64,000 nt of DNA, from the NCBI GenBank assembly GCA_965203905.1, contig CBDBDQ010000005.1:6752001-6816000 (forward strand), read 5' to 3'. The stretch is from Spirochaetia bacterium (GTDB taxonomy: Bacteria; Spirochaetota; Spirochaetia; SZUA-6; Bin103). Made by a program: the position numbers and the translations under genes. Below the pieces are notes generated by a model. That model had not been told where the DNA came from and made no database searches. It saw only the letters and a list, made by a program, of their open reading frames with translations. Shown one piece after another: positions 1 to 8,028 of this stretch (its first letter is position 1; every line of letters begins with the position of its first letter).

Positions 1-194
1 TCCTGGCGTTGCGGCTTGGATTGATCGCCAGGCGTGCCCGACACCCTCGCGGTAAAGTACTTGATGGTAAGGATCTCGTGATGCGGCTGCAGGACCTTCT
101 CGAACAGCGCGACCAGGTCCAGCCATTTCCATGAGGTCCCCTTGAGGGCGCCATAGTAGAGATTGAATCCATCTACATAGATGTAGGTGCGCAT
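1..194 (-). CDS. NYN (LabA/DUF88, PIN-like) domain ribonuclease, 5' part only (runs off window)
   Basis: Manual translation from ATG at 194: MRTYIYVDGFNLYYGALKGTSWKWLDLVALFEKVLQPHHEILTIKYFTARVSG...; YVDGFNLYY and KYFTA are typical NYN motifs. Not in ORF track because truncated. Confidence 0.85.
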   Translation of the reverse strand, partial: MRTYIYVDGFNLYYGALKGTSWKWLDLVALFEKVLQPHHEILTIKYFTARVSGTPGDQSKPQRQ

Positions 195-206
195 CGTCGC
201 CCGCGC

Positions 207-233
207 AAAATGCAAGGGCCTCCGAAGAGGCCC
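207..233 (-). terminator. Intrinsic terminator/attenuator-like hairpin before NYN start codon
   Basis: 7-bp GC stem, C(UUCG)G tetraloop, U-rich tail UUGCAUUUU. Confidence 0.55.
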
Positions 234-266
234 CGCGCCCTGCGCTCGAAACCGCAAGGGGTATCA
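207..266 (-). ncRNA. Candidate small leader RNA (two hairpins, second terminator-like) upstream of NYN gene
   Basis: Minus strand: CCCTTGCG-gtttcgag-CGCAGGG hairpin (238-260), then GGGCCTC-TTCG-GAGGCCC (216-233) followed by TTGCATTTT; lies between promoter and ATG. Confidence 0.5.
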
Positions 267-271
267 ACGAC

Positions 272-300
272 AATGTAGCTTCTGTCGGCAGCATGTTCAA
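272..300 (-). promoter_or_regulatory. Sigma70-type promoter for leader RNA/NYN gene
   Basis: TTGAAC (300-295), 17 nt spacer, TACATT (277-272). Confidence 0.65.
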
Positions 301-485
301 TCAGTGCCGGGCTGGCTCAGGCTGGCTCGGCCCGAAATGCCCGCACCATCGAGACTTGTCGAGAATCACTCGGCGTGCGAGCAAGGACAGTCCGAGACAG
401 GGCGACTTGCAGAAAGCACACAACCTTGACAAACCGGAGGGTTCGCTTTACGCAGCATTGCGATGGGGCCGGCGCGGCCGGCGGC

Positions 486-1241
486 GTGGCGAACGGCAGG
501 GAGGGTAGCGGTATCCTGGATGCCTGCAATACATCCGCGGAACTGGCGGCGAGCGGCGCCGAGTTGGCGATCCTGCCGATCGGCGCCACCGAGCAGCACG
601 GCAGCTACCTGCCGCTGGCGACCGATTCGCTGGAGGCGGAGGCGGTGGCGCGCGGGGTGGCGGAGCGGATGAACGCCTTCCTGCTGCCGGTGCTGCCGTT
701 CAGCAACTCGGAGGCGCACGCCGGGTTTCGCGGCTCGGTGTCGCTCAACCCGAGCACGCTGCTGACCGTGGTCAAGGAGCTGGCCCTGGACCTGATCGGA
801 CAGGGGTTCCGCTACGTCGTGCTGCTCAACATGCACGGCGGCAACCTGATCCTGCGGCCTGCGGTGCGCGAGATCAACCGCAGCACCGATGCCGGCCGCG
901 CGCTGTTCCTGCAGCCGTTCACCCTGGCCGCCGCGGAGCTGCAGCGCATCTTCCCCAACTTCGCGAACGAGGCCCATGCCGGCGGCTTCGAGGCGTCGCT
1001 GATCATGGAAATCGCGCCGCAAACCATCAAGGGCAGCGTCCCCGACACCGTGCCGGAGAGCCCGGTGGAGGCGTTCGACTACCTGACCATGGCCCAGCTC
1101 AGCGCCAACGGCGTGTGGGGCGAGCCGAGCCAGGCCCGGCGCGAGCGCGGGCGCCGGGCGTTGGCGGTGATGGTCGAGCACAGCGTGCGCCACATCCGCG
1201 CCGCGATCGCGCGCATCGCCGCCGCCGGGGCCGCGCCGTGA
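486..1241 (+). CDS. Creatininase family amidohydrolase
   Basis: LPIGATEQHG..LPLATD, NMHGGN and HAGGFE metal motifs; start uncertain (GTG 486 chosen, ORF opens at 375). Confidence 0.88.
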   Translation: MANGREGSGILDACNTSAELAASGAELAILPIGATEQHGSYLPLATDSLEAEAVARGVAERMNAFLLPVLPFSNSEAHAGFRGSVSLNPSTLLTVVKELALDLIGQGFRYVVLLNMHGGNLILRPAVREINRSTDAGRALFLQPFTLAAAELQRIFPNFANEAHAGGFEASLIMEIAPQTIKGSVPDTVPESPVEAFDYLTMAQLSANGVWGEPSQARRERGRRALAVMVEHSVRHIRAAIARIAAAGAAP

Positions 1242-2392
1242 CCCGGCCCACGATTCCCGGCGCCGAGCTGGGGGATCTGCTGTGCCGGCTGATCCGCATC
1301 GACAGCTGCAACCCGCCGGGCCGCGAGGCGCCGGTCGCCGAGCTGCTCGGCGGCTGGCTGCGGGAGGCCGGGCTGGAGGTGGAGCTGGACCGCTTCGCCA
1401 CGGGCCGCGCCAACGTGGTGGCGCGCTGGCGCGGGACCGGCGACGAGCCCGCGCTGCTGTTCAACGGCCACCTCGACACCGTGCCGGTGCAGCGCGAGCA
1501 GTGGCGCCACGACCCGCACGCGGCGGTCGTGGAGGGAGACCTGCTGCACGGCCGCGGCACGGTCGACATGAAGGGCGGCGTCGCCGCGCTGGCGATGGCC
1601 TGTGCCGCGCTGGCACGGGCCGGCGTGCGCCTGCAGCGCGACCTGATCTTCGCCGGCACCGCCGGGGAGGAGGTGGACTGCTGCGGCTCGCAACGGCTGG
1701 CCACCCGCGACCTGGGACCGGTCGCCGCCCTGGTGGTGGGCGAACCCACCAGCCTGCAGGTGGTGACCGCGCACAAGGGGGCGCTGTGGCTGGAGATCGC
1801 CACCAGCGGCAGCGCCGCCCACGGCTCGATGCCGGAACAGGGCAGCAACGCGATCGCCGGCATGTGCCGCATCATCGAACGGCTGCAGGCGTATCGGCCC
1901 GCGCACCGGCCGCATCCGCTGCTGGGGCCGCCGACGGTGAACCTGGGGACCATCCAGGGTGGGGCCAAGGTCAACATCGTGGCAGACCGCTGTGTGCTGA
2001 CGGTGGATCTGCGGAGCGTGCCCGGACAGGACCACGCCACCCTGCTGCGCGAGGTGCGCGCGCTGGCGGACGCCGCGGCAGCAGCAGAGGCCGGCGTGAC
2101 CGCACGGGTCGAGGTGCTGACCGACCGACCGCCGATCGACACGGCGCTGTACGAGTCGCTGGTCGGCACCGCCCTGGAGGTAGCCGGACAGGTGCTCGGC
2201 GGGTCGCCGGCGGCGCGCGGCGTAAGCTACTTTTCCGATGCCTCGGTGCTCACCCCGGCGCTCGGCGTGCCGACGCTGATCTTCGGCCCCGGCGACGAGC
2301 GGCTGGCGCACCAGGTGGACGAGCACACCACCCTGAGCTCCGTGGCCGCGGCGGCGCGCTTCTACACCGCGCTGGCGCAGGCGTTGGGATAG
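1238..2392 (+). CDS. M20 family metallo-amidohydrolase (ArgE/DapE-like)
   Basis: NGHLDTVP, GRGTVDMKGG, GEE, VGEPT, AHGS, FGPG..AHQVDE motifs; GTGA overlap with upstream stop. Confidence 0.92.
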   Translation: MTRPTIPGAELGDLLCRLIRIDSCNPPGREAPVAELLGGWLREAGLEVELDRFATGRANVVARWRGTGDEPALLFNGHLDTVPVQREQWRHDPHAAVVEGDLLHGRGTVDMKGGVAALAMACAALARAGVRLQRDLIFAGTAGEEVDCCGSQRLATRDLGPVAALVVGEPTSLQVVTAHKGALWLEIATSGSAAHGSMPEQGSNAIAGMCRIIERLQAYRPAHRPHPLLGPPTVNLGTIQGGAKVNIVADRCVLTVDLRSVPGQDHATLLREVRALADAAAAAEAGVTARVEVLTDRPPIDTALYESLVGTALEVAGQVLGGSPAARGVSYFSDASVLTPALGVPTLIFGPGDERLAHQVDEHTTLSSVAAAARFYTALAQALG

Positions 2393-2395
2393 CCC

Positions 2396-3403
2396 GTGGC
2401 GGCGCTCACGGTCCGCGGCGAGGTGGTGGTGGCCGGCGGCGGCAGCAGGCGCCATCGCTCACGTGCCGGGGCCGCAGTGCTGGCCGACGGCAGCCTGTTC
2501 GTGGCCTATCGGGTGGGCCGCAACATGTTCCAGGAATCCCACGGCGCGGTGGTGGCCACGCGCTCGGCGGATGGCGGGAACACCTGGGACGAGCCGCTGC
2601 CGCTGCTGGCGGAGCCGGGCTGGGACTGGTTCGGCGCCCAGCGCCTGCTGCAGCTCGCCGACGGCACCCTGCTGATGCTGGCCGGCAAGGCGCGCTGGAG
2701 CAGCGACCGGTTCCACACCCGCGCCGTCAGGTCGAGCGACGGCGGCCGCACCTGGGAGCCGCCCGGCCCCGAGATCCGCGTGTTCGCCGCCTTCAGCGAG
2801 CCATACGGCCGGGGCGTGGTGCGGGGGCTTCCCGACGGCCGCCTGCTGCTGGGGTTCCAGGGCACTGACACGCCGGGACAACCGAACCTGGCCGCAATCG
2901 CATTCTCCCGCGACCGCGGCGACACCTGGTCGGAGCGGGTGCTGCTGAGCGACGACGCCACGCTGGAGCTGCGCGAGCCCGACACCCTGCCCCTGCCGAA
3001 CGGACGCCTGCTCACCGTGCTGCGCAGCGACGCGCCGCCCTACGCCTCCTACCAGTGCGGTTCGGAGGATGGCGGCAGGAGCTGGTCGCCGCTGGCCGCG
3101 ACCGGGTTCCACGGCCACTGCCCGCGCCTGTTCGCGCTGCGCCGCGCCCTCCTCTGTGTCTATCGCGACATGCACCCGCGGCGGCCGGGCATCGGCTACA
3201 GCGCAAGCTGGGACGGGGGCGAATCGTGGCACTACCAGGGGCTGCTCTACCGGTCGCCGGGGCCCTACCAGGGCTGGGCCACCGCCTGCGGCTACCCGAG
3301 CGTGCTGCGCTTGCCGGACGGCGACCTGCTCTGCGTGTTCCATACCGACTTCGTGGACGACGATTGCGAGATCCGCGCCGTGCGCTTGCAGGAGGTGAAT
3401 TGA
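2396..3403 (+). CDS. BNR/Asp-box sialidase-like beta-propeller protein
   Basis: Five S-x-D-x-G-x-[TS]-W Asp boxes (SADGGNTW, SSDGGRTW, SRDRGDTW, SEDGGRSW, SWDGGESW) and C-terminal CGYP. Confidence 0.85.
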   Translation: MAALTVRGEVVVAGGGSRRHRSRAGAAVLADGSLFVAYRVGRNMFQESHGAVVATRSADGGNTWDEPLPLLAEPGWDWFGAQRLLQLADGTLLMLAGKARWSSDRFHTRAVRSSDGGRTWEPPGPEIRVFAAFSEPYGRGVVRGLPDGRLLLGFQGTDTPGQPNLAAIAFSRDRGDTWSERVLLSDDATLELREPDTLPLPNGRLLTVLRSDAPPYASYQCGSEDGGRSWSPLAATGFHGHCPRLFALRRALLCVYRDMHPRRPGIGYSASWDGGESWHYQGLLYRSPGPYQGWATACGYPSVLRLPDGDLLCVFHTDFVDDDCEIRAVRLQEVN

Positions 3404-4809
3404 TGGCCCCGCGCAATATCGACCTGGCGGGCTACGGTCTGCCCTACTGGCTGGACCTCGAACGGCCGCGCTACCCGGCCCTGACCGCCGACGCGCACGC
3501 CGACGTGGCGGTGATCGGCGCCGGCATCGCCGGTCTCAAGCTGGCCGACTACCTGTCGCAGCACGGCCTCGAATGCATCGTGCTGGAGGCGAAGCAGGTG
3601 GGGGAAGGCGCCTCCTCGCGCAACCAGGGCTGCATCGTCACCGGCCTCGCGGTCTCCTACGGCGAGCTCGTCGCCGCCCATTCCCGGGAGGTGGCGCGCG
3701 GCCTGGTTGCGCTCAGCCACCACAACCAGGAGCTGCTGGAGGAGCAGATGGCACAGCACGCGATTGCCTGCGGCTACGAGGTGCTCGGCGAGACTGTGCT
3801 GGTGCGCGGCAATCTCGCGGGCCACGAGCAGACGCTGGCGGCGCTGCGCCGCGATGCCGCCATGCTCACCGAGGACGGCTTCGGCGCCGACTACCTCGAC
3901 GCCGCGGCGGCGCGCGCCGTCAGCGGCAACCCGCTGTTCGCCGGCGGCCTCTGCTTCCGCCGCGACGCGCAGTTCCACTCCGGGCACTTCGTGATCGGGC
4001 TCGGGGTCGCGGTGGCACGCTCGCCGCGGGTGCGCATCTTCGAGCAATCGCCGGTAGTGGAGATCGAGTCGTCCCCCGGCGGCGGCCACCTGGTGCGCAC
4101 GGCACGAGGCAGCGTCAGCGCGTCCCACCTGTGCCTGGCGACCAACGCCCTGGTGCCGCAGCTCCTGCCGGCCCTGACCGGCACCCTGCGCGCGGAACGC
4201 GGGCAGGTCCTGGTCACCGCCCCGCTCGCCGAGCGCCCCTGCCGCGGCTGCTTCTCGTCCGGGTTGGCGTGGTGGCGTGACATCCGCGAGCGCGACGGCA
4301 GCTACCGGCTGCTGTTCGGCGGCGGCCGCGTCCGCGACGAGCCCGACAGCCTGTTCCCGCAGTACGCGGCCGACGGTCGCCGCAACCGCCGCATCGCCAG
4401 CGCGGGCTTCAGTCCCACCGTGGCCCACCAGCGCCGCCTGCACACGCAACTGGAGGAGATCTTCCCCCACCTGGCAGACGCGCCGGTAACCCACCGCTGG
4501 GGCGGCCTGCAGTCGTTCACCTTCGACGGCCTGCCGGTGATCGGCGTGTTCGACCCGGAGCGGCGCATCCACGGCATGGCCGGCTTCTCCGGACTCGGCA
4601 ACTCCTACTCCAACGTCGGCGCGGCACACCTGGCGGCGCGCATCGCCGGCGCCGGGGACGGTCTGGCGCCGCCGTTCCTGGAGACCCTGAAGCTGCTGCT
4701 GGCACCGGCCCGCGCCGGCGCCCGCTGGCCCGGCAGCGAACCCACCCGCGAGCGCTGCGCCGCGCGCAGCCTGGTGCGCGGCACCACCAAGAGTGAGGCC
4801 CGACGATGA
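3403..4809 (+). CDS. FAD-dependent oxidoreductase (DadA/PuuB/glycine oxidase-like)
   Basis: DVAVIGAGIAG, GASSRNQG, WGG..FTFDGLPVIG, GFSGLG; ATG overlaps upstream TGA; GGAGG RBS. Confidence 0.9.
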   Translation: MAPRNIDLAGYGLPYWLDLERPRYPALTADAHADVAVIGAGIAGLKLADYLSQHGLECIVLEAKQVGEGASSRNQGCIVTGLAVSYGELVAAHSREVARGLVALSHHNQELLEEQMAQHAIACGYEVLGETVLVRGNLAGHEQTLAALRRDAAMLTEDGFGADYLDAAAARAVSGNPLFAGGLCFRRDAQFHSGHFVIGLGVAVARSPRVRIFEQSPVVEIESSPGGGHLVRTARGSVSASHLCLATNALVPQLLPALTGTLRAERGQVLVTAPLAERPCRGCFSSGLAWWRDIRERDGSYRLLFGGGRVRDEPDSLFPQYAADGRRNRRIASAGFSPTVAHQRRLHTQLEEIFPHLADAPVTHRWGGLQSFTFDGLPVIGVFDPERRIHGMAGFSGLGNSYSNVGAAHLAARIAGAGDGLAPPFLETLKLLLAPARAGARWPGSEPTRERCAARSLVRGTTKSEARR

Positions 4810-7103
4810 CCCCTCCGACGCACGATTCCTTTCGCAACTGGGACGCCGTGTACGCCCACCGCAACGTCGAGCTGGTGCGCCGCTTCGCACGCGTGCCACG
4901 ACGGCCCGACGTACGGGTCAGTCCCGCCGACCTGAACCACGACGTACCGCCGGACGCCGACCTGCGGCAGTTCGCGGCGGCGCAGAACATCGACGTCGAC
5001 GCGCCCTGGTTCCGCCTCCCCGAGCAGCGCCGCCTGCGCTGCGGCTTCTTTCCGCTGGTCACGCGACTGCACAGCGGCGCCCTGCTGGCGGTGTGGCGCG
5101 AGGCGAGCGCCCATGCCTACTGCTCCTTCGGGCGCACGGCGGCGGCACGCTCGCTGGACGGCGGGCGCAGTTGGAGCGCACCCTGGGTGGTCGACTTCCA
5201 GCGGCCGGGAGCGTGGGACACCGGTGGGCCGGAGAACCTGGTGCAGACCGGCGACGGCACCCTCTGGCTGGGCACCTGGGCGCGCATCCCGGAACCGGAG
5301 CCGGGCACCGTCGGCAAGCAGCGCCCCGAGATGTACGTGCTGCGCTCCCACGACGAGGGGCATACCTGGGAGCAGCTGCCCAAGCTCGGCGACGGCTTCC
5401 AGTTCCTCTGCTCGCCGATGCTGGAGCTGTCCAACGGCGAGTTCCTGTGGCTCGGCAGCGTCCCGGATCCCGCCGACGAAGGGGTCACCTCGTATACCTC
5501 GCTGCGGCGCGCGGTGTTCATCCTGCGCCAGCCCGGCGAACCGGTTGCCCCCGGCACCGACCTGGTGGAAATGGGCGGGCTGCGCTTCGAGCGCCACGGC
5601 GCCATGCAACTCGGCGGCACCAACGAGTGCCACGTCACCGAGACCACCACCCCCGGCCACCTGGTGATGCTGACCCGCTCCGCGGTCAGCGAGCACTACG
5701 AGCAGTCCACCTCGACCGACTACGGGCGCACCTGGTCGCCGCCGCGGCGCTCCGACCTGTGGCACACGCCGATCGCCAGCCAGCCGCTGCTGATCACCCT
5801 CGGCGACGGCACCCTGGTCGCCGTGCACGACGAGCGCGGCAACGGCCGCAGCCTGGCGGTGCCGTCGTTCGACGGCGGCGAAACCTGGGACTTCGCCCAT
5901 CACCAGGTAGTGCTGGACGATCCGGCGTTCTTCCTCAAGGACTTCTCGTATCCGGAGCTCGTGGAGACGGGAGACGGTCTGCTGGTGATGTTCTACAACG
6001 CCAGCCACCCCGAGGCGGAGCACAACGGCATCTTCGCCACCTTCCTGGACCGCGGGCTGTTCCGTACCGCATTCGCGGGTATCCGGCTGGCCGATGTCGG
6101 ATCGGTCCGGCACGCGGAGACCGTAGCCTGGTGGCGCTTCGACGAAGGCGCGGGCGACACCGCGCACGACGACACCGGACGCCACTACGGCGTGCTGCAC
6201 GGACCGGTCTGGAGCGACGGCCGCTTCGGCGCGGCGCTGGCCTTCGACGGGGTGGACGATCATCTGCGCGTCACCAACTGTCCGAGCCTGTGGCTGGGAC
6301 AGGAGCTGTCCTTCGAGGCCTGGGTACGGACCCCGCACCCGGGACGGGAGCAGACCATCGTCAGCCGGCTTCCCCACTACTGGTTCGGACTGAGCGGAGG
6401 GCGGGTGTGCCTGCGACGCGGCGGCGGGGACGGCATGGCGCAGGCGGGCTGCCACGGCACGACGGAGCTGGCGGCCGACCGCTGGCATCACGTCGCGGTG
6501 GTGGTGCGGGAGACCGCCGACTCGATGCGGCGGACGCTGTTCTACGTGGACGGCGCGCTGGACGCGCCGGCCGACCTGGAACGGCCGGCGGCGGCGGCCC
6601 AGGCGCAGGCGCTGAGCGACTGGCGCCAGACCCACGGCCCGACCTGGCAGGGGTGCTACACGGTGCCGCGCAACGAACCCACCCGCTGGGCGGCGCGGGA
6701 ACACCTGTTCATCGGCGCCCGGCACGACGGCACGGCCCCGTTCCACGGCCTGATGGACGAGTTGGCGCTGCACCGCGCCGGCTTGACAGCGCGCCAGGTC
6801 GCGGCCAGTGTGAGCCGATACCGGCACACCGACGGCGAGATCCGTTCGGCGGTGATCCGGCGCCCGCAGGGTGCCTCGTGGGGCCGCTTCACGGCGCGCG
6901 ACCGGGTGCCGCAGGGCACCGCCATCGACTACGCGGTGCTGAGCCCGGACGGCGCGCTGCTGCGCGACCGGGTCGCCTCGGGCAGCGACCTGGCCGGGCT
7001 CCAGGAATCCGCGGTCAGGCTGCAGGCGCGCCTGCGCAGCGACGTGCCCGGCCGCACGCCGACGCTGTGGTCCTGGTCGCTGCAGTCCGCGGGAGGAGGG
7101 TAA
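4806..7103 (+). CDS. Sialidase-like BNR propeller fused to LamG-like jelly-roll domain (paralogue 1)
   Basis: Asp boxes SLDGGRSW, SHDEGHTW, STDYGRTW, SFDGGETW; DFSYP; LamG motifs AWWRFDEGAG, ALAFDGVDD, WHHVAVV, FHGLMDEL; no signal peptide. Confidence 0.8.
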   Translation: MTPPTHDSFRNWDAVYAHRNVELVRRFARVPRRPDVRVSPADLNHDVPPDADLRQFAAAQNIDVDAPWFRLPEQRRLRCGFFPLVTRLHSGALLAVWREASAHAYCSFGRTAAARSLDGGRSWSAPWVVDFQRPGAWDTGGPENLVQTGDGTLWLGTWARIPEPEPGTVGKQRPEMYVLRSHDEGHTWEQLPKLGDGFQFLCSPMLELSNGEFLWLGSVPDPADEGVTSYTSLRRAVFILRQPGEPVAPGTDLVEMGGLRFERHGAMQLGGTNECHVTETTTPGHLVMLTRSAVSEHYEQSTSTDYGRTWSPPRRSDLWHTPIASQPLLITLGDGTLVAVHDERGNGRSLAVPSFDGGETWDFAHHQVVLDDPAFFLKDFSYPELVETGDGLLVMFYNASHPEAEHNGIFATFLDRGLFRTAFAGIRLADVGSVRHAETVAWWRFDEGAGDTAHDDTGRHYGVLHGPVWSDGRFGAALAFDGVDDHLRVTNCPSLWLGQELSFEAWVRTPHPGREQTIVSRLPHYWFGLSGGRVCLRRGGGDGMAQAGCHGTTELAADRWHHVAVVVRETADSMRRTLFYVDGALDAPADLERPAAAAQAQALSDWRQTHGPTWQGCYTVPRNEPTRWAAREHLFIGARHDGTAPFHGLMDELALHRAGLTARQVAASVSRYRHTDGEIRSAVIRRPQGASWGRFTARDRVPQGTAIDYAVLSPDGALLRDRVASGSDLAGLQESAVRLQARLRSDVPGRTPTLWSWSLQSAGGG

Positions 7104-7107
7104 CTAC

Positions 7108-8028
7108 ATGGCAACGAGTGCGCCGGCTGCGGAACTGCGCAGCGTGGACAGCGGAGTGGTGATCAAGGGGGTGGTGACGCTCCTGTTCACCCCGTTCCAG
7201 GACGACGCGACGCGCTTCGACGCCGCGAGCATGCGCCGCCAGCTCGACTTCGTGCTGGAGTCCGGGGTGTCGGCGCTGGTCGCCTGCGGCAAGGCGGGCG
7301 AATTCGAGGGGCAGTCGCTGGAGGAGATCGAGGAGGTGCTGGGCACGGTGATCGACCACGTCGCCGGGCGGGTGCCCGTTGGCATGGGCATCATCAGCGT
7401 GGAGGAGGATCGCGCCCTGCCGGCGGCGGAGCTGGCGGCCCGCTGCGGCGCCGACTTTGCGATGACCAAGAAGCTCACCAAGGGTGACCTGCACGGCTTC
7501 TTCAGCCGGGTCGCCGAGCGCATCCCGGTGATGCTCTACGACCAGACCAACGAGGGCAACCTCGACGTGGAAAGCGAAGTGCTGCCGCTGGTGCATACCA
7601 TCGAACGGATCATGACCGTCAAGGTGAGCGGCAACGTGTACGCCTTCGACCAGCTCAAGCGGGCCGCGCCGCACTTGGCCTACATCTGCGGCTCCGACAC
7701 CTTCTCGCTGCCGGCCTACGTCTCCGGCAGCGACGGCGTGGTGGCCGGCAGCGCGGCGTTCATGCCGGAGCGCGAGGTGGAGCTGCACCGGCTGGTGCAG
7801 GCGCAGGCCTGGGACGACGCGCGGCGCCTGTTCTACCACCGCATGCTGCCGATGATCGCCTACTGCACCCCCGACCCCTACGCCTTCTCGGTGTGCAAGC
7901 TCATCCTGCACTGGAAGGGCCTGTTCGACTCGCCGCTGGTGCGGCCGCCCTACCGCAACGCGCCGCCGTGGCTGCAACGGGAACTGCGCGAGCTGGCGCA
8001 GCAGCTCGGCCTGGTCGACGGGGCCTGA
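7108..8028 (+). CDS. DapA/NanA (dihydrodipicolinate synthase-like) class I aldolase/lyase
   Basis: LFTPF, CGKAGEF (GxxGE motif), PVMLYD, catalytic Lys in VKVS, GSDG, VRPP; GGAGG RBS. Confidence 0.85.
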   Translation: MATSAPAAELRSVDSGVVIKGVVTLLFTPFQDDATRFDAASMRRQLDFVLESGVSALVACGKAGEFEGQSLEEIEEVLGTVIDHVAGRVPVGMGIISVEEDRALPAAELAARCGADFAMTKKLTKGDLHGFFSRVAERIPVMLYDQTNEGNLDVESEVLPLVHTIERIMTVKVSGNVYAFDQLKRAAPHLAYICGSDTFSLPAYVSGSDGVVAGSAAFMPEREVELHRLVQAQAWDDARRLFYHRMLPMIAYCTPDPYAFSVCKLILHWKGLFDSPLVRPPYRNAPPWLQRELRELAQQLGLVDGA

